Assembly: GCF_031769215.1 (NCBI RefSeq)
Contig: NW_026782756.1
Location: 372,001-436,000 of the forward strand
Direction: 5' to 3'
DNA: 64,000 nt
Source of the DNA: Ylistrum balloti
Lineage: Eukaryota
Under the pieces are notes generated by a model. That model saw only the letters and a list, made by a program, of their open reading frames with translations. It was not told the origin of the DNA and did no database searches. Position numbers and translations under genes: made by a program. Positions 12,791-25,200 of this stretch are shown here, in pieces (within the stretch, counting starts at the first letter, position 1; each line of letters starts with the position of its first letter).

Positions 12791-13291
12791 TACATCAATT
12801 TCACGTTACAAACTGTTATATGTACATACAGATATTGTCAAATGTGTTATTTATACAGGATTATTTGTCTTAATCAGTTGGTTTTGAGATTTGCATCATC
12901 GACATGCGTATCCCTTCAGTATTAGGCTTTACACTTTAATGACGGCAGGACTCTTCTCTTCTGTCAATATCAATGCACGAACATAGATATCTACATCTAC
13001 ACCCATGATCAAGGATATTGAATTTATTTATTATTAGAAGCTCAAGACACCCCATATCTAGTTAGCAACCTCAGGCACATGTGCACCGACAAGTGTCAAA
13101 AATATATAAAGGTCTGTCTATACATATCAATCCAAAATGTGGTTAAATGATTGCAATTTGACAGTGACTATGACACAAGTGCATATATATACCTACATCG
13201 ATTTAGCTGCAATGCCTTCTTGAATGATAGACATTCTGTACAGTTAAAACTTACATGTTTTTGCTATTTTACCCCATTTTTCAGTGAAAAA

Positions 13292-16200
13292 ATGTCCAAG
13301 CGAAAAGCAAGCACTGATGTAGCGGGAGAGAAGATCCCTCGGAAACGGCAGATCATAGAATCAGATGATGATGAAATGGACCAAAGTCAAGATATGGACT
13401 TAACCAGCCGAGCTGACTTTGATAAATCCTTGGTAAATTGATAGCTATTAAATATAGACTTAAAACTTGTGTAATCATTTTCATAATAATGCATTGTCCA
13501 CATTGCAGTTGTACTTGTGTCTGCATACATAAGATATATTAATTATCAATGATTGCAAATAACATGATTTTTTTAGCAATGTTCCTCAGTTGGTTACACA
13601 ATTATATGTTTAAACTTTGCATATATTCATTATTAATAATACCAAGTATCAAACCTTGTGTTGTCTACATATTTTGCACATTGTCAGAAATTTGGTCATC
13701 ATGATAAGATGCAGTTGGTGTTGACTAACTATGATTTATTGCATAGATTGAACTTGATACCCCATCAGGCCTAATTAAAGTACCATTTCTGTTTACTCAA
13801 CCAACTTGATACCTTTTTAACCAATTTCAAATTTTTGTTGACAATTTTCATTGATAATATTTTAGTGGAACTTTTTAAAATTTAAAGGATTTCCTACTAA
13901 GCTACCCTAATTAATCTGGGGTGTTAGAGGAAAGTTGTGAGCCTTGTATTGAAAAAAATCAGCAGGGATGTCCTTTTTCACCTATACTATTGCCTGACTC
14001 TTTAAGGCTGTGTTCCCCAAAGACTGGTGTCATTTGGGCAGAGGTAGCGCTCTAATTAAACAAGGCAAGTGACTTTTGCGAAATGGACAAAATCACTGAA
14101 AGAGCAGTGATTCCACATTTGCATAAGAAATGTCTAGCACCTAAGGATATTCATACTGATATGGTAGCAACACAAGGAATGATGCCCATTCATATGCTAC
14201 AGTGAAAAGGTGGGTGGTGGAATTTAACTGTGGCAGACAGAGCCTTGGGGATGATGCACATCCTGGAAGGTTGCAACCCCAGAATTAGTCAAATAAAGTT
14301 CATGATACTGTTATGGCTGACAGGCAAGTTGCAACAGTTGGGATTTCGCTTGAAAGAGTGCCCACGGAAGATCTTGCAATGAGAAAGATCCAGCCTGTTG
14401 TGGGTAGGAAGACTTATGACACAGAAGCACACCAGACAGACTTTTCGTGTGCTAATCTGAGCTATTTAGAGGCAGATCTGATAACTTTCTGAAGAGAATT
14501 GTGACTATAGACTATCATTTCACCCCAGAGGCCAAACAACAGTCTAAATAATGGAAGCACCCTGATTCACCTGTGCCAAAGAAGGCAAAGATTGTCCCAT
14601 CAGCTGCTAATGGTTATGACCTCAATTTTCTTGGAATGTGATGGTATTCTAATGGTAGGTTATTTGCAAATGGACAAGCAATCAATGGCACATGTGATGC
14701 ATCATTTCTGAGTCAGTTAAGAGATAATATTAAACTCAAACACATTAAAGGTGTTATTAAAGGTGTGTTGTTCCACAAGGACAAATCCCCTATTCACTAG
14801 TCTGTCATTGCCATGACTGACATTAATGACGGTGGCTTTGAATTGATGGAGGATCCACCTTATTCACCTGAGGCCATTTCCTTTAGCATCTTTCAGTCTG
14901 ATGATGACATCTAAATTTACCATTTAAACAAACATATGATAATTAATCTTGGGAAATTTTGTACAGATCGAGCTAGATATATACATAAATGTTTGTGCCA
15001 CCTGATTACATCATAACTGGTTTGTGTTGTTATAAGCCAAACAGAATGAAATATTTGTGTTAATTTTAAAATCAACATAAGAGCCTAATGCAGTAATAAA
15101 ATTGTAACCCCTGCAGAAATTTTAGGGAACAACAAACTTGTGTCGGCCTAAAATCTGTCTTATCCTTTAGTTCTGGATTTCCTCATACACTATATTCAGA
15201 CAGTTAAATTTATGTTGGCTTCAGACATTTTTCCACCAATTTATCTGTCCATACTGTCCACAGGAGAGATATTTTGATGCTAACAATAGTTTTAAAGAGT
15301 CATGAGAATGGCCAGATATTTTACAACTTGAGCAGAATATCCCTTTAAGTAGTATTTATTGTATCTTGAATTTAACATGAATAATTGGATGTTATTATAT
15401 TTTGTTTTGATAAAAGTAATGTATTGGTTGTTGGAATAATTGAATAAAATATTGGGATGATTTCTGTGTTTACAGGGAGAAGCAGACATTGGTATTGTGG
15501 AGAAGGTTAACCTTCGAAACTTCATGTGCCACCAGCGTCTAGATATAAGTTTAGGACCACATGTCAATTTCATCATGGGACGAAATGGAAGTAAGACACT
15601 TATTCACAAGTTTTAAATTAGATGTCACTTCATCTGAATAAATCCTTGATAAAATTTAAACAAAGCATATCGGCATCAAATGACATGGGTTGGTATATGG
15701 TTACCACCATGTACATATTGAATATTACTAGATTAATCTGTTTTCTCTCAGATCTTATCGCTACCTCTTACATTATTTTCTGATGTCCTGTTAAGTTCTT
15801 TTAATACCATCTCATTCAATGCACCTCAATGCACATATGATTCACTGATCATTTGTTTGATGATAGTGGCATTGTGGTCAATGAAATGTCATGCAGCAAT
15901 TTTATTATTCTGGCCATGTTTTATAAAAATTCATTAAATTTATTCTTACCAAGTGCTAGTGGCTTGTAAGTTATTTCTTGTATACTCTTAATTTTGTTTT
16001 GTCAGGTGGCAAAAGTGCAATTATCACTGCTCTGGTGGTAGGACTTGGTGGAAAAGCTAACATCACCAGTAGGGGAAATACTATCAAAAGTTTTATTAAA
16101 ACTGGAAAACAGTAAGTGTTGTCATAGTGAACAACTATACACTACAGAGTTACATCACTAGCAATTAGAAATACTGTATATTTATTACAGACAATGTTTT

Positions 16201-19200
16201 AACTATTGTTAATATGTTGTTTGAAATATCCATGGATATTGTATGCTAAGGAAAAGCTCTCTGTAGCTAAGCGGAATAATGTCGCTACATACAGTTTAAG
16301 TTTACCATTCCTTCTGTCCACACTTAATTTTTTCAGGAACGACTCGTTTCATTATGATTGAATTTTGATGACATAATTATATTTATCAAGTACAATAAAC
16401 AAAGACAAAGTTCCAAGCTATAGTAAATGGAAAGTCTATACACAGTATATTCTTGTAGCACTTGTAAAGTAAGGTAGATTTCTCTTGACGTGTCCAACGG
16501 AGTAGTACAGGAAATCCATTATACATTTCATTATTTAATGCATTTAATAAGAATATACATGGTTTAGAATAAACATCAGTTTCTTTTACCTCTGCTTTTA
16601 CTCTGTTGTGGGTTAGCAATGCTTTTTGTTTTTGATGTCACTCTATCATGATAAAGTTCTTTACAGAAATGTGGAAATACTAATTTTTTAGGACAGCAGA
16701 AGTGATGATCAAATTGAGGAATCGAGGTCCGGACGCTTACAAACCAGAGGAGTATGGCAATTCCATCATTGTTGAACGCAAGTTTGCCAGAGACGGAGGG
16801 AGCCATTATAAACTGAAATCTGAAGATGGTGAGAAATATTCACAATATATCTCATTGTATAGTGTTGTAGTTTAGATATTATACGCAGTTCTTTTTGTCT
16901 TAAATGGTTAGGAAATCAAGGCGTAGCATGCTATGTCACAGTAAAACCTAGGATTACATATAGGTGTATGGGGGCTTCATCCACAGCAACATTTAGAACA
17001 GAATTTAAGATCCCCACCATAGCTCTGAAGGAAGTAATTTGCATCAGAGAACATGAATGGAATTTGACAAACAATACATTCCTAGCTAATTCCGTTTCAC
17101 AAAAATTGCATGTTTACAGTCTTTGTCGCTTCTATCAATTGGAAATTGCTTCTGCCATCAAAATCAAATGTAACTGCTGTTTTGAAAATTGTTTGAGGTA
17201 TATACATATGTGTATATCATAGACACTCTGTTAGGGGTCATCTGCAAACAATTGGAGTGGTCAAACTGAACTTCTTGATGAACAATAGATAATCTATTGG
17301 CATCACTGTATTATTGGATATGAAATTGATATGTCCATTTAATTTCTAATATAATGTTTTAAAGGGTTTTTTTTGTGCTGTCCTTGATTTTTTTTTTTTT
17401 TTAAGTTAGAAGAAAATGAATTGTAATAAATGCGTTGGTTGTAATTGAGACATGCTGATACAGTTTTTAAATATGAACTGAACATAATATCATGTTATTG
17501 ATAGGAAGACCTATATAAGTTAACATGTATCAATAGTGTGATCACTCTAGTTCTAGTATTTCTCGGTGAATTTTTGTCTAACTTAGTATGAATAGACAAC
17601 AGCTTTTTTGAGGACTGTGTAGGGGCGATAAGGGACCCCAACCCATCTGAATAGGAAATATTTAATATTTAAGCCTTCTTCCTAAATTTGCATTTTACTT
17701 CTTGAAAATTTCTGCGGCAAAATGAGGAAATGCTTCTTATCCCCAAACAGGGAAAAAAATTAGGAATAACATTGAAGGAATTGATGTTTTGTAGGTCGAC
17801 TGATTTCCCAGAAGCGTGAAGATCTGACATACATTCTGGACCAATTTAACATTCAAGTTGACAATCCAGTATCAATCCTGAATCAAGAGACAAGTAAAAA
17901 CTTCCTCAACTCTAAAAGTCCACATGATAAGTATAAGGTAAGTATAGAGGTTCGTCATGATAAGTGATTACAATTGTTACAGAAAGTAAAATCTATATTA
18001 ATTCAGTTTCAGTACTTTGCTGTAATTTCACCTGAATGATCATTCAGATTATTTCAATCACTTCCATTGATTTGGTCTCTGCTCATATTGATAAGGGTAT
18101 AGCAAGTAAAAGCTCAAGAATATATTCCAATCTTCACATTACATCAAGATTGAGTTACAGATATTGAGCCACTATTTATAAACACATTTCCATGTGGATA
18201 ACATGGTACTAACATTACCTGTTTTTTGACAGTTTTTTCTGAAGGCCACACAGCTGGAACAAATGAAAATGGACTACTCCATGGCCAATGAGCAAAAAGA
18301 AATCACCCGAGAGATTATTGAAAAGAAAGAACAGGTAGAAAGATAGAGTAAAATAGAATATTTTCATTATGTTCAAGTGTGTGGTAAAAATAGTATCATT
18401 TATTGTGGGAATAACATAACCACATAATGCTGTCAGCCTCATTATAATTTTATGTGAAAATAGACTATAGGGAAAGTCTTCAAATAAGCAATGTTAGCAG
18501 TTCAAAAAGTGCATGCTGTTCTAATAGTGACAGTATTTCATGACCGTTCTATAGCATGTAGTTGTATCACATTAACATCAAAAACATAATCAAGTAATGG
18601 TTTTTCAATGCTTTTCACAGGTAATAATCTGACATGCATTTTACAAGTATGAAATTGATTTTGACACGATAAAAAGGTTGCCATTCACCATTGGTATTGA
18701 AATGCATGTATTGTTTATTCCTTGAGTTAACTTTCAAATATCATGGTCAATGGTCAAAGCCTTTTGCTACAAAAAGAAAATTTAAGTTTTAGCCATCTAT
18801 CATTAGCACCTAAATTTTCAGGTAACTCAGGTAAATGTTTCAATATGAATAAGAAAATCAGCCATCATCAACGGTTTGTAATATTATCAGTAATAATGTT
18901 GCAGTCACTGCCAATACTGGAGAAGGAGGTTCTTGATTGGGAACGAAAGTATAAATCTTTGACAGCTATTAAAGAACTGCAGAACAAGATCAAAGAGCTC
19001 AAGGACAGCATGGCGTGGGCTTTCGTCATGGAAAAAGAAAGGGTAAATAAAGGCTTCATTTGATCTGGAGAAGGCAAGTTAAGTGAGCTTTACTCTCACA
19101 TGGGTCATCATTTTTGCAGCATCATCATGGAGGAGAGTCAGTTAAAGTCTAATAGGAAATCTGTACCCTCCGAGGAGAAAAGCCTCGGTTAGACAGTTGT

Positions 19201-22200
19201 GAATCAATTCCTGGGGAAGGAACTTTCTGTCCTAACATCAAATTAGGAAGTGGTCCTTTTTTTACCTCATATCTCCAACACACTAGAATTATAAGAATAA
19301 TGAGACAGAGATGCTCACAGATATGGAAACGGTATCAGGCAGACAATGATTTTTATATTTATTTTGACTGATCTATAATCTTACAAAATCAATCATAATG
19401 ATGAATCATTGTCATATAACTTGTTTGAATAATTGAAAGAGGATCAGATACTGTCTTAAAATGATAATAGATATCAATCAGTCACATCTTCAATTTCCAA
19501 CTACTTGTTTAGCACATGTTTATGTTCTGTGTGTGCGGGCTGATTTACCCTTGCATGACATAGATATCTTACCTCCCTGAAAGTGTGAATATTTGTCAGA
19601 TGAGGGTAGAATATTTTATACTGGAGATTTTTCAAGAAGGATTGAGTTAGCTACAGACTTCAGTCTATTCCATACAAGGTTCTAAAGCACCATTCAACAG
19701 AACATTGATTAAACAAAAACAAAAAGCATGTTAAGGACGACCTGGAAAGGATCCAGTATGTAGCATTAGTTACAGCAGGAACATGTTGATATACACAATG
19801 TCTCTTTAATCATTAGAGACTTTTAATTGCACTGTCATATCTTATCCTCGCTTGACCTTTTATGGATATTGGCTTTTCATGCATGTTTTTTTTTAATATC
19901 TACTGTTGAAATCTGCTTTAGGGACTGCAACCTCTGACAAAGGAGCTTCAGCAGGAGGAAAGCAGACTGCCAAAATTTGTACAGAAGGTGGAGGAGGCCA
20001 AGGTAATTAAGTATCTTATATGTTGATGATTGTTGACAAGTATACCTAAATATTTAGCATTTTAAAAATAATGAAGCAGTAAAAAGTATATGATATGGGA
20101 GATTCAGATTGCCTAGTACTTTTGTTCCTGCTATTAAGAATTAATATGGATGTTCCCAGTCTAAGGTTGACAAGTGTGTCCAGCGTCAGAAGGACATACA
20201 GGAGCAGTTGAAGACGATGAGCGATCAGGTACAAGAACTCCGGCCAACATATAAATCTGCCAAGGAGGAGGTATCTGAGAAGAAGAAGGTGACGAGAAAT
20301 ACACAGAATGACCTCAGGAAGGTTGAGAGTTATTTACGGAAGGTACAAAGGGACAGGCATCTCCTCCAGGAAAAAATAAAGGAGATACAGAAAAGGTAGG
20401 ACTTAGGTTTATATAATCATATGGTTGTTGTCTCTTTAATGCTTAAATCAAATGATATGAAACAAGGATCTATATTTGTGTATCTACGGTTATGCTTGGT
20501 TTTGTCATCATTGGTGGAAATAAATGACTGTCAACCACATTCAAGATTGCAAGGATTAAATGTGTCAAGATCTTCAAACAGTTTTCTTTATAATCTGTCT
20601 CTTATAATTAATACAATTAGAAAAAGGGGGAAAACATACAATGTATGAGTGAAATATATTTTGTTCTTCAAGCTGATGATTTTGTCTCTGCTGATGATTT
20701 TGTCTCTACTGATGATTTTGTCTCTACTGATGATTTTGTCTCTGCTGATGATTTTGTCTCTACTGATGATTTTGTCTCTGCTGATGATTTTGTCTCTGCT
20801 GATGATTTTGTCTCTGCTGATGATTTTGTCTCTACTGATGATTTTTTGACCAGTGCACAGCGTGATTATGAGTCAGAGAGGAAGATGAGAGAAACAAAAC
20901 TAAAACAGAAAGAAGATGAGGTCAGTGCTTTGAAAGCACAACAAACTACAACAGAACATCAGCAATCACAGTACCGCCAAGCCATCACTCTGTTAAAACA
21001 GAGTGAATATTCTCTCAAGTTAGTATAGATTAAAGGGTTTAGATTTCACCAATGAACCAACTTTTTTCTTGTTTTCTGAAGTCTCTAAACATGATCACGA
21101 ACAAACAGGAATTGTTTGAAATTTCATATTGAAAGCTCTGGTGAAATATCCAGTTATTTTACAAATACCAACATGAAATCATGGAATAAGTGAAAAATCA
21201 GTTAACATCTGACCTTTATATAAGGAGTAACAGGTGCTTAAATTTAAGGGTCTTGCTTCTGAAATATACCAGCAAAGTTTTTAACTATCAGTCTTTCCTG
21301 AATAAATATAGTTATTAAGTATTTTTTTGTTGTGCCATTCTGAAATTGATGTTCATAGTATCATTCTTACTTAACTAGAAAATTATGGCATACTTGATTT
21401 AATGTTGCTTGGTGATCATTTACAACATGTTTTTATAGTGATCTCTATGTTAAGCTTTTCATTGTTAAACAAATTCCTCAGCGGACTTTTTCAGGGTTTG
21501 TGAGAATAAAACAACAGTACACCTTACTTATAGAAGAAATATGATATTTTCCCTAGTGCGGATAGACAGAATATGGATACAAGAGAAAGGCTGATCAAGA
21601 AGGATCTTCAGAATCTCTGTGCTGCTAAAAAGGACAACATCCGCCGGTTTGGAGCCTACATGCCAACACTATTACAACACATAGAGGAAAGATGTCGTCG
21701 CAATCAGTTCCATCGCAGGCCGGTGGGGCCTATAGGTAAAAAGGATAAAAAAGAACACATCAGTGTTACTCTAAACCTCTTTTTAAATTCACATCTATAA
21801 ATTCTTTTTGTATGTACATGGCACTATCAGGTGTTTATTAATTTGTTACTTCGTTATGTTATCATACAATCACACTGAATTTCTTCTATCAACATGGATT
21901 TTTTTGTAATTCTACTGAATGGTAAGATATGAGAGGGATTATCCACCCATTAGTTCTTTGGGTTGTTAATTATGTTGTCAGACCCTCCTGATATTGTTCC
22001 ATACTATTAATTTCAAGATGGCACTGATTTAGTTGTAGTCATCCCTCAGTGTCCTAGTCTGACAAAATTCTAGGTCAAAATGATAAAAGAAGAAGTTAAA
22101 CTTCATGCATTTTCTGATTTTCTTTCTTAACCAGGTATCTTAGTTTTTGACAAAATATTTGGATTTCAAATAAAGATTTATCTGTTTTCCGTTCTTTGTT

Positions 22201-25200
22201 ATAGGGTCATGTTTCAAGTTGACAGACATGGAGTGGGCGTTTGCGGTGGAACGATGCCTTGGAAACCTTATACATGCATTTTGTTGTCATGACCACCACG
22301 ATGAAGCAATTTTGGAGAAGATCTTTGATGATGTTTGTCCTGAGAGACATCGACCATCCATTATTGTCTCTGCATTTAAGGTATGTGTTCAGATATCTAT
22401 TTATTTTTAAACCTTTTTCACAGTTTGTCATGTTGCCATGGAGTTGATTTATTCTAATCACGTACTTGCTGTTTTAAACGTCAAAGTGTAATAATAAACC
22501 TTGATACCTTCACTTAATCAAAAATAGAACCTTGAGATAACATGTTTGAATATGGTTATAATTTTTGAAAAGTACTAAAAAAATTCACATTTAGATTCCT
22601 GTGATAAGTAAAGTTGCAATATGAAAGTTCATTAAGGTCTTTAACTGGGAATGTTGACAATTTGTCAATTTTCTCATAACATAATAGAGGACTTTAGAAA
22701 TCTGTTGCTGTCTCTATTGTTTAGATATTGTTACCAAATTACAATGGTAACAGGTTGTAATGTTCAGTTGTGAAAGCAGATAAAACATTCAAAATCTAAT
22801 CGTTTTATGATAAGAAAGTTGATATGGATATATATAAACATTGACAGTGTCTCAACACATACTGTAAATCATTTTGTGTGGGATCTTTTTTTGCATTAAT
22901 ATGCGAGGAGAACAAATTAAGGATTATTTGTATAAAAATAACTCTGGATAACATCCATGCTGATTTGGTTACCCATATCAAAATCCATATCTCTAAAAGT
23001 CAATGATTTGCGAATTTAAAATTATTTCGGACCACTGTTTGCAAAATCATATATTTGGGAATATGTCTGAAGAGGTAAGTCCGTGAAATAAAGTATTCGT
23101 GAAATCTAAGTGATTTACAGTAGTAAATGTGTGTTTCTACATCTGACATGGACATTACTTATTGATAATGTAGTATATACAGAATTAGTGTAAAAAGCTT
23201 ATTTCTACTGACTTATTTCCCTTTCAGGACAGAAGGCATGACATCAGCCGCGGAGTAAGTAGGATTACAGAGTAGATCTACCATATGTATAATGAAATGC
23301 AACGTCGATGAGATATTACCTTCATTTTATCAAAAGTGCCTCACCCTAGAACATAACCACAACAGCCCAGACAAGTCAGCTTCCTGAGAAACACTCTGAG
23401 ACTTCTTGTTAGGAAGGAAAATATTTTGATAAGTTATGAATACTGAATATTTATCACACACAAAATTATTTCAGGGAAAACAGACAATTTTTCAGTATAT
23501 GATTTGTACTACCTGATTTTCAAATTTTGACAATTTTTTAGTAAGGCAAAATGACTGAATTCAAGGCCTGAGAAAAATTGCAGTAGTGAAATAATTCCAT
23601 AATACATCATGCTCTCTCAGTATATTGCAGAAGTGCAAATCACTCTTACAGGTGTTATGTGTGGTACATGTAATTATAGGTATTTAATGTCAGCTACTTT
23701 AGATAGTCTGTGAACAGAATCATTTGAAATCTGACTTTTACAGCGTGTGACTGGGACTAAGTACAAGGCCGTGGTGGATGTGCTGGAAATGAATGATCCT
23801 GTCACTTTTAACTGTCTCATTGATCAGGTAATGTGTCATACAGAGGAGTGTAAGGTTTAGTGATCTTCATAACATAATTCTTTCTCAACTATCTATTTAT
23901 CCCATGTGAAACATATTTGCAGCGGATTTTAAATTGGACTGTATCTATCCGTCTGTGCATTGGCATTTTCATGGCCAGAAACTGTTCAAGATAACTACTC
24001 AAAACTTTGTACAGTTATCAAGCTAATACTCTAGTAGTACCTTTTGCTATGGAAAAGTTTCCCACTCAAGTACTTTTTTTGCCCTTAGAAACAGTCCAAA
24101 TTACAAATTTCTTTTATATGGACCATGACTTCAAAACCATTCAAGATAACTACCTGAAATGTTGTCTGCATATCATCCTATCATTCTAGTGCAACTTTTG
24201 TGGTTGGGAAGTTTTATTCTTGCAACCATAGTATCAATTAGACAATCTTTATTGTTACCACGGAAACAAATTGAAAACAAAGGCAAAATTACTTTCACAG
24301 CTTCCAGAGCATGTTAAGAAAACTGCTCAAAAACTTCCAGAAACTTCATACATTTTGTATGTACCAACAATCTCTTGGTGCGTTTTGCTATTTGAGGAGT
24401 TTTCATTGTGGATATGCTTCTTTTTCTGTTGTCTGTCAAAAATATCATAAATCATTGGCAATGTTATCCAATTTAATAAGTAACCCTGGTATTTATATAT
24501 ATGTCTAACGAACATTAATGTAATGGAGATTATTGATTTTGTAATCATTTTATTTGTAAATCATGCCAAACCACACTCAAAGTTTTCAACGGTAAAAAAT
24601 GATTAACATAAAGATATCAGTGACAGTGATGGAATGCAGTTAACCTGTTATTGTAATATTAACACATATATATGTGTTTGTCTGTGTGGGGAATAATAGC
24701 CTGCTTTGTGTTGTCTTGTTCAATTAATGGAAGATCTATTCTGTAAGAGGTACAACACCACATAATGAGACATTTCAATAAAACAGTAGTCGTTATTGCT
24801 GGAACACTGTCATGTTCACTTAGTACTCAGTCCTGATAGACAAGGAAACTGTTTTAAATTCATCCCAGAATCTTCCAAGATTTTAGATCAGATGTCACAT
24901 CATGAATGTACGACAGAATTATTTGATGTTTTTTTTAATTGATTTTTTATTTTTTTATTATTATTCATTTCAAAGAGGGGAGTGGAATGCATTCTCCTCA
25001 TCAAAGACAACAGGATTGCACGAGATGTGATGGACCCTGATAAAAAGCCAGGGCCACCCAAATACTCCAAAGAGGTAACTGTTATTTCACAATACATATT
25101 TATACAGCAAATATTTCTCTTGGGCTTACAGTAATACCAGATGTCAGACAGGATTAGGCTAATACATCTTACTCCAAAGCAGACGGTAATAATGATATTC

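Noticed and set aside
20645-20853. ADDFVS-repeat extension in frame with SMC6 exon 10
   Set aside because: The only upstream AG (20671..20672) is in the wrong phase for exon 9 and gives an immediate TGA, so the repeat is intronic.
23621-23651. Possible 31-nt poison cassette exon in SMC6 (tcag|...cag|gtgtta)
   Set aside because: The donor is weak and is not needed for the reading frame; there is no support without RNA data.
24254-24267. Near-perfect X-box GTTACCACGGAAAC in an SMC6 intron
   Set aside because: It is an isolated 14-mer in repeat-like intronic sequence far from any TSS and is likely a chance match.
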